From positions 1,632,001 through 1,696,000 of the forward strand of contig OY759316.1 of the NCBI GenBank assembly GCA_963662275.1: a DNA stretch of 64,000 bases, read 5' to 3'. Positions 58,479 through 64,000 of this stretch are shown piece by piece. The stretch is from Candidatus Cloacimonadales bacterium (lineage in GTDB: Bacteria > Cloacimonadota > Cloacimonadia > Cloacimonadales > DAONDQ01). Within the stretch, counting starts at the first letter, position 1, and each line of letters starts with the position of its first letter. Made by a program: the position numbers and the translations under genes. Below the pieces are notes generated by a model that saw only the letters and a list, made by a program, of their open reading frames with translations, made no database searches and had not been told where the DNA came from.

Positions 58479-59675
58479 ATGAAATGGCTCTTATTCACGT
58501 CACTATTTCCTCAACAAACAGCCCTGGATAATGGTTTATTTAATCTTGCCAGGATAAATGCGCTGAAAAAAGCCGGAGAAGATGTAAGTGTTATTGTACC
58601 CATCGATTTGACTCCACATATGAGATATTTACTTAAAAATCTATCTCTTTCAGTTTTCAAAAAAAAATGGCTGGATTTGTATAGTATTCCCGAAAAGGAA
58701 CTATTTGAAGATATTCCAGTCTACCATCCCAAATGGTATTCTCCACCAAGGTCACATTTCTGGAAACATGAATATCAATGGCTTCATTTATTTTGTTCCA
58801 AAGTCATTGAGGAAATCATCAAGGCAGAAAAACCAGATATCATGATATGTTCCTGGCTTAGTCCATTTGGAATTTATTCTACCTATATCAAGAAGGAATT
58901 TAACATTCCGGTGTTTGTCATTCCAGAGGGTGATGATCTATTGATTTATCCGGAGAAATATCCAGGCTGGAATCAGCTTTCTATTATCCTAAATGATAAT
59001 TGTGATCGAATGATTTGTGCTTCTCAATACATGTTTGATATGGCTTCCGGAAAACGCAATTTAAATCATTGTGTAAAAGTACCTAATGGGTTTGATCATA
59101 CAAAGTTCAATTATCTTGAGAATCAAGGTAATGCTTCAGGAAAAGTGCATCTGCTCTGTGTTGGTTACCTGGATCATGTGAAAGGACAGGATATATTGAT
59201 ACAGGCAATGGCAAAATTGGATGATCGTTTCGACTTGACTCTTGTTGGAAATGGAACACTACGAAAAGAACTTGAAAAGATGGTTCAAACACTGGGATTA
59301 CAGCAGAGGATTCATTTTGCAGGATTTCAAAACCAGGATAAGCTGATATCTTATTATCATGAAGCTGACATCTTTTGTCTTGCTAGTCGTTCTGAAGGTT
59401 TTGGAATCAGTATCCTTGAAGCAATGGCTTGTGGTTTACCTGTTGTCGCAAGCGATGCAGGTGGAATACCGGAAAAAATCACAGAAGGCAGAAATGGATT
59501 CATTGTTCAAAAAGAGAATATCGATGAATTTGTACAAAAGATAAGCGATGCTGCTATAACCAAATGGGATAGAAGTTGGATAGCAGAAAATGTTAGAAAG
59601 AATTACAGTTGGGAGAAATGGGCTTCTGAAATGATGTCTCAATACGACGAAGTAAAGCAAGGATATTCAAGATGA
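58479..59675 (+). CDS. GT4 glycosyltransferase
   Basis: PNGFD, KGQD and EGFGISILEAMACGLPVV motifs. Confidence 0.92.
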   Translation: MKWLLFTSLFPQQTALDNGLFNLARINALKKAGEDVSVIVPIDLTPHMRYLLKNLSLSVFKKKWLDLYSIPEKELFEDIPVYHPKWYSPPRSHFWKHEYQWLHLFCSKVIEEIIKAEKPDIMICSWLSPFGIYSTYIKKEFNIPVFVIPEGDDLLIYPEKYPGWNQLSIILNDNCDRMICASQYMFDMASGKRNLNHCVKVPNGFDHTKFNYLENQGNASGKVHLLCVGYLDHVKGQDILIQAMAKLDDRFDLTLVGNGTLRKELEKMVQTLGLQQRIHFAGFQNQDKLISYYHEADIFCLASRSEGFGISILEAMACGLPVVASDAGGIPEKITEGRNGFIVQKENIDEFVQKISDAAITKWDRSWIAENVRKNYSWEKWASEMMSQYDEVKQGYSR

Positions 59676-60436
59676 ATTATGATACTATGTCTCAAAATAG
59701 AAAGCACTGGGGAAAAAAGGAACAAGCACAGCTAGCAAAATCTACGATACCAGTCATTTTGGATTGGATTCCACGTGATGTGAAAACAATTCTGAATTTT
59801 GGCTGTGGAAACGAAACAATCACAAATGCACTTGTTGAAAGATTTGATGTAACATGTACTGACTTTTCCGAAAGTGCTTTGAAATTCGTGAAAGGTAAAA
59901 AGGTCTTGGCGTCTGTCGATAAGCTTCCCTTTGAGGATAACTCTTTTGACCTGGTATTATCAATTGCAATGCTTGAACACATACCTGATTCAATATTGAG
60001 GGATGCGATGGAAGAAATCAAACGAGTGACAAAAGGTTATGTCTTCCTCGCTGTACCGAATAGTGAATATTTAAAACAAGGGTACACAAAGTGCCCGAAA
60101 TGTGAAACGACATTTCATGTGTATGGGCATTTACGTTCTTTTAAACTCCAAACCTTGGATGATATGATGGGTCCGAGTTACAAACGCTACATGATGGGTA
60201 CTTTCAATCCAAAAGAGAAGAAATACAATCATTTTTTACTTATGCTGAGACAGAAAGCTGCAAATAAATGGTTCCAGGCAACAGAAAATACGATATGCCC
60301 TCAATGTGGAAATAACGAGTTTTCAAAACATGGAGGAAATATTCTATCAGTACTGATTGATGGATTGAATTGGATGATATCAGGCAGGCAAAAATACTGG
60401 CTGTTTGCCTTTTATGAAATAAAGGATATGATATGA
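59672..60436 (+). CDS. Class I SAM-dependent methyltransferase with Cys pairs
   Basis: ILNFGCG, LPFEDNSFD and LEHI motifs. CPKC and CPQC pairs. Confidence 0.85.
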   Translation: MNYDTMSQNRKHWGKKEQAQLAKSTIPVILDWIPRDVKTILNFGCGNETITNALVERFDVTCTDFSESALKFVKGKKVLASVDKLPFEDNSFDLVLSIAMLEHIPDSILRDAMEEIKRVTKGYVFLAVPNSEYLKQGYTKCPKCETTFHVYGHLRSFKLQTLDDMMGPSYKRYMMGTFNPKEKKYNHFLLMLRQKAANKWFQATENTICPQCGNNEFSKHGGNILSVLIDGLNWMISGRQKYWLFAFYEIKDMI

Positions 60437-61716
60437 AAATTCTCTTCATCGGCTATTTCTTTCCTCCCTTGGGTGGCAGTGGAGTGCAAAGACTATTAAA
60501 ATTCGTCAAATATCTTCCTCAATTTGATGTAGAACCGGTGGTACTAACAGTTGATCCGTGTTTTGTACGTGCTCCGAAGGATAAAGGACTGTTGAAGCAG
60601 ATACCTTCGCATATCCGTATTATTCGAACGCCAACCTTTGATATGAATTGGATTTTCAAGATTTTCTGGGGATTGCGGTTACCCAAGGTTGTTAATTGGA
60701 TACAGGATTATTTACTGATACCGGATAAAGATATATTGTGGCTTCCTTTTGCGAAAAGGAAAGCTAAATCCCTTGTTCAGGAAGAGCATTTTGATTTAGT
60801 TTTCGTTTCCGGTAGTCCATTTTCAGCATTTAAGATAGCAGAATTATTAAAAGAAAAGTTCGGAATTCCATATGTACTTGATTTTCGTGATGAGTGGATT
60901 AATAATCAGACCAGGTTAATGCAAAAACATAATTCTTATCGGGATAAAATTGAATCTAAAATGGAAAAGACAGCGATAGAATCAGCTTCAGCAGTTACTT
61001 TTCTCTCGAGTATCATGTATCAGAATTTCCTGGAGAGATACAGGATTATTTCAAAAATACCAAAAGCAATTATAACCAATGGCTATGATGATGAAGATTT
61101 TGTAAAGCTGGCTGCTAATGTTAAGTCGAAAAAATACATGAGGATTATCTATACAGGTTCATTTTATGATAGTACAAGTCCTCGTCCCATTTTACAGGCT
61201 ATCCTGGATTTGATTCGCAGTGGGAAAATAGCCAAAGATAAAATCAGGCTGGAAATCTACGGCAAGAATACACCTTCGTTTATTTATGCCAATTTAGATG
61301 CTAAAGAGGACGAATTATCCTTTGTCTCTTTATTACCTTATGTTCCACATTCTCGTAGTCTCCAACTGCAAAAGGATGCAGATTTACTCCTGATCTATAT
61401 CATTACAGCAAAGAATACGGATGCGGTGTACAACGGTAAATCATTTGAATATATCCGCACTGGAACTCCTATCCTAGCAATTTGTCCTCCTCATGGATTA
61501 GCAGCAGATTTAGTTCGTACTACACATACGGGATGGATTTATGATTCAGCCAAGTCAGAGGATATTCGAAACGGATTCCTGGAATGCTTCCTGAAATGGG
61601 AAAAGGGTGAATTAACTGTAGACCTGGACTGGGGCGAAATCCGCAAGTATGAACGAAGTGCCCAGGCTGGTCAATTAGCAGATGTGATGAAACAAGTTGT
61701 TGAGAAGGCGAACTAA
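60433..61716 (+). CDS. GT4-type glycosyltransferase
   Basis: YFFPPLGGSGVQR, DFRDEW, TNGYD and K.FEY motifs. Confidence 0.88.
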   Translation: MKILFIGYFFPPLGGSGVQRLLKFVKYLPQFDVEPVVLTVDPCFVRAPKDKGLLKQIPSHIRIIRTPTFDMNWIFKIFWGLRLPKVVNWIQDYLLIPDKDILWLPFAKRKAKSLVQEEHFDLVFVSGSPFSAFKIAELLKEKFGIPYVLDFRDEWINNQTRLMQKHNSYRDKIESKMEKTAIESASAVTFLSSIMYQNFLERYRIISKIPKAIITNGYDDEDFVKLAANVKSKKYMRIIYTGSFYDSTSPRPILQAILDLIRSGKIAKDKIRLEIYGKNTPSFIYANLDAKEDELSFVSLLPYVPHSRSLQLQKDADLLLIYIITAKNTDAVYNGKSFEYIRTGTPILAICPPHGLAADLVRTTHTGWIYDSAKSEDIRNGFLECFLKWEKGELTVDLDWGEIRKYERSAQAGQLADVMKQVVEKAN

Positions 61717-61719
61717 CCG

Positions 61720-63672
61720 ATGTGTGGAATTAGCGGAATTTATCATTTAGATGGTAGAATAGTCGATCCAGGACAACTGAAGCACATCACCAATATCATC
61801 AGGCATAGAGGACCAGATGACGAAGGATATCTGCTGGTAAATACGAAAGACAGCAACTGTCGTGATTATGCAGGAGAAGATACCATTCCTGAGCTAAAAG
61901 CAATTTTACCTCAATTAAAACAGGATATGAAAGCTGATCTGGGTTTTGGTTTCAGACGATTATCCATCCTGGATCTTTCCGTTCATGGTCATCAGCCGAT
62001 GTCATATCATCAAAATGAATTATGGATTGTCTTTAATGGTGAAATCTATAATTATCTTGAATTGAAAAAGGAATTGTTGGACTTAGGACAGGTTTTTACA
62101 ACCGGTTGCGATACAGAAGTAATACTGGCAGCTTATAAAGTTTGGGGAACCTCGTGCTTGCAGAAATTCAATGGTATGTGGTCATTTGCTATCTGGGATA
62201 AGCCAAATAAGAGGCTATTCTGTGCCAGGGATAGATTTGGTGTAAAACCCTTTAATTATTTCTTTGATGGGAAGACATTTGCTTTCGGTTCAGAAGTGAA
62301 ACAATTGATGAACTTCATTCCCAACAAAGATATCAATAATAAGATGATTTATCGAAGTCTCAAGATGGGATCGTTTCTGTTCTACGGAGATGAGACTTTT
62401 TACCGTGATCTCAAAGTACTTCCTCATTCGCATTTCCTGGTGCTTCAAAATGGGAAAATACATATTGAAAGGTATTTTGATTTGGAAGATAAGAATTTTG
62501 AAACTTCAAAACTTAATTTTAATGAAGCTTGTGAACAGTATAGATCTCTCTTTGAAGATTCAGTTCGTCTTCGCTTACGAAGTGATGTGGAAGTCGGATC
62601 ATGTTTGAGTGGTGGACTCGATTCCTCTGCAATTGTTTGTACGGCTCATCATTTAAATGACCGTTCATTCCAGACTTTTTCTGCCTATTTCGATAAACCG
62701 GCAGCAATCGATGAACGTAAATGGATTAGGATCGTTAATGAATATACCGGTAGTTTAGAACACCTGATCTCACCTAAACCGAATGACGTTTTACATGATT
62801 TGAGCAAAATCACCTGGTTCCACGATACTCCGGTTGTCGGTTCCAGTCCTGTTACCCAGTATTATGTTATGGAGGCGGCAAGAAAAAGTGGTGTAACTGT
62901 CATTCTTGATGGACAGGGCAGTGATGAAATTACAGCGGGTTATAATCATGCGTTCTATCGTTATTATGCGGATTTGGTTGTTCGTGGAAAATGGGATAGA
63001 ATTTCTCATGAATTGCTGCCTTACTTGCAGCATCAGCAGAAAGGAAATCCCTTATCTAAACTGATGCGAATATTTGCTGCGTTAGTCATGCCTGAATCTG
63101 ATATCTATAAAAATGAACTAAAGCATAATCAGCCTAATGTATTGAATATGGATTTCAATGGAGATGAACTCTTACCTGGGTTCCGAGATTTTAAGAAAGG
63201 AAAATTATCGAATTTTCTCTACAACCTGGTAATGTCCATATTCCTGCAAACACTACTGCACTTTGAAGATCGCAATTCCATGGCTTGGTCTATCGAGAGT
63301 AGAGTTCCATTCCTGGATTATCGTTTGGTAGAATTTGCCTTTTCCTTGCCAAATGAATTCAAAATTAAGGGACAATATGGCAAGTATATCCATCGTAAGT
63401 CTTTGGAGTCGATTGTTCCCAGGCAGATTGTAGAACGCAAGGATAAGGTCAATTTTGCTGCACCAGGTGAGAATTACTGGTTAAAGAAGGAGTTTCGTCA
63501 ATTCTATGAAGAAATGCTGAATGATTCGAATTTCAAGAATCGCGGGATATATGACGTGGTTAAGATCAGGAAATTATACCAGGACTACTTGAATGGAGAC
63601 AACCGGTATAGCAGTCTTCTCTGGAAGGTTATGGCGACCGAAATCTGGTTCCGTACTGCAAATCAGAATTAG
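61720..63672 (+). CDS. asnB: Asparagine synthase (glutamine-hydrolysing)-family amidotransferase in a polysaccharide locus
   Basis: MCGI, HRGPDD, RRLSILD, FNGEIYNY, LSGGLDSS, DGQGSDE and ESRVPFLD motifs. Confidence 0.93.
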   Translation: MCGISGIYHLDGRIVDPGQLKHITNIIRHRGPDDEGYLLVNTKDSNCRDYAGEDTIPELKAILPQLKQDMKADLGFGFRRLSILDLSVHGHQPMSYHQNELWIVFNGEIYNYLELKKELLDLGQVFTTGCDTEVILAAYKVWGTSCLQKFNGMWSFAIWDKPNKRLFCARDRFGVKPFNYFFDGKTFAFGSEVKQLMNFIPNKDINNKMIYRSLKMGSFLFYGDETFYRDLKVLPHSHFLVLQNGKIHIERYFDLEDKNFETSKLNFNEACEQYRSLFEDSVRLRLRSDVEVGSCLSGGLDSSAIVCTAHHLNDRSFQTFSAYFDKPAAIDERKWIRIVNEYTGSLEHLISPKPNDVLHDLSKITWFHDTPVVGSSPVTQYYVMEAARKSGVTVILDGQGSDEITAGYNHAFYRYYADLVVRGKWDRISHELLPYLQHQQKGNPLSKLMRIFAALVMPESDIYKNELKHNQPNVLNMDFNGDELLPGFRDFKKGKLSNFLYNLVMSIFLQTLLHFEDRNSMAWSIESRVPFLDYRLVEFAFSLPNEFKIKGQYGKYIHRKSLESIVPRQIVERKDKVNFAAPGENYWLKKEFRQFYEEMLNDSNFKNRGIYDVVKIRKLYQDYLNGDNRYSSLLWKVMATEIWFRTANQN

Positions 63673-63739
63673 CAATATATCTTGAAGTTTATTTGAAAGC
63701 TGAGGTTTGGAGTTTACATGAAAGCTAAGAGTCGGTTCA

Positions 63740-63847
63740 TTGAGTGATTTCGACGAAGGAGAAATTGTATCGAAATGTATCGTTATTACATTCAAGACTC
63801 TGTTAATGTCGTCTCCTCGATACAAATAGATAAATCAATTCACTCGG
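63740..63847. repeat. Inverted REP-like doublet downstream of asnB
   Basis: TGAGTGATT...TTGTATCGA paired with an inverted TCGATACAA...ATTCACTC. Confidence 0.55.
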
Positions 63848-64000
63848 AGAACTCAGCTTTCATCATCAGTAGCGAAAATTCTTTTCAGGGAAGTTCAAAC
63901 CGACAGCAGCGAAAGCTCGTTTTCAGGGTAGTTGAGAATTGATATTTGGTTTTTAATATCAGCTTTTCAAACTCTCCGACACTAAAGTGCCACCTCTCTT

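Overview
AT-rich bacterial chromosomal window, probably from an anaerobic diderm such as Cloacimonadota. That assignment is inferred from gene content (HydE, KdsD, FlgD-type C-terminal domains), not proven. Housekeeping blocks lie on both sides. Left: xseA, thrS, kdsD, dtd, rsmB, ruvA, ruvC, yebC and an EF-G paralogue. Right: nadA, mnmA, hydE, an lmtA-like gene and a polysaccharide locus. Between them is a ~33 kb accessory region (19.4-52.9 kb) bounded by oppositely oriented (AGGTGYT)n heptamer arrays. It holds a frameshifted IS21 element abutting a 5'-deleted IS256, a 3 x 143 bp structured repeat array, a MacAB-type ABC exporter, a PAS-adenylate cyclase and a large secreted papain-like protease. 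It also holds a translationally coupled hgcA-hgcB-arsR mercury-methylation operon with tandem ArsR-type operators over its promoter, and a ~13.4 kb putative anti-phage island. The island has a three-gene module I cannot match to a named system (small possible DNA reader, HEPN-SNF2 helicase, sacsin/GHKL ATPase-HNH) plus two ABC-ATPase/nuclease pairs. An IS1182 sits inside a palindromic repeat, next to an Nramp-like transporter. Intergenic DNA contains many distinct REP-like families. I recognised no rRNA, tRNA or CRISPR array. All calls come from reading motifs by eye; no database searches were run.
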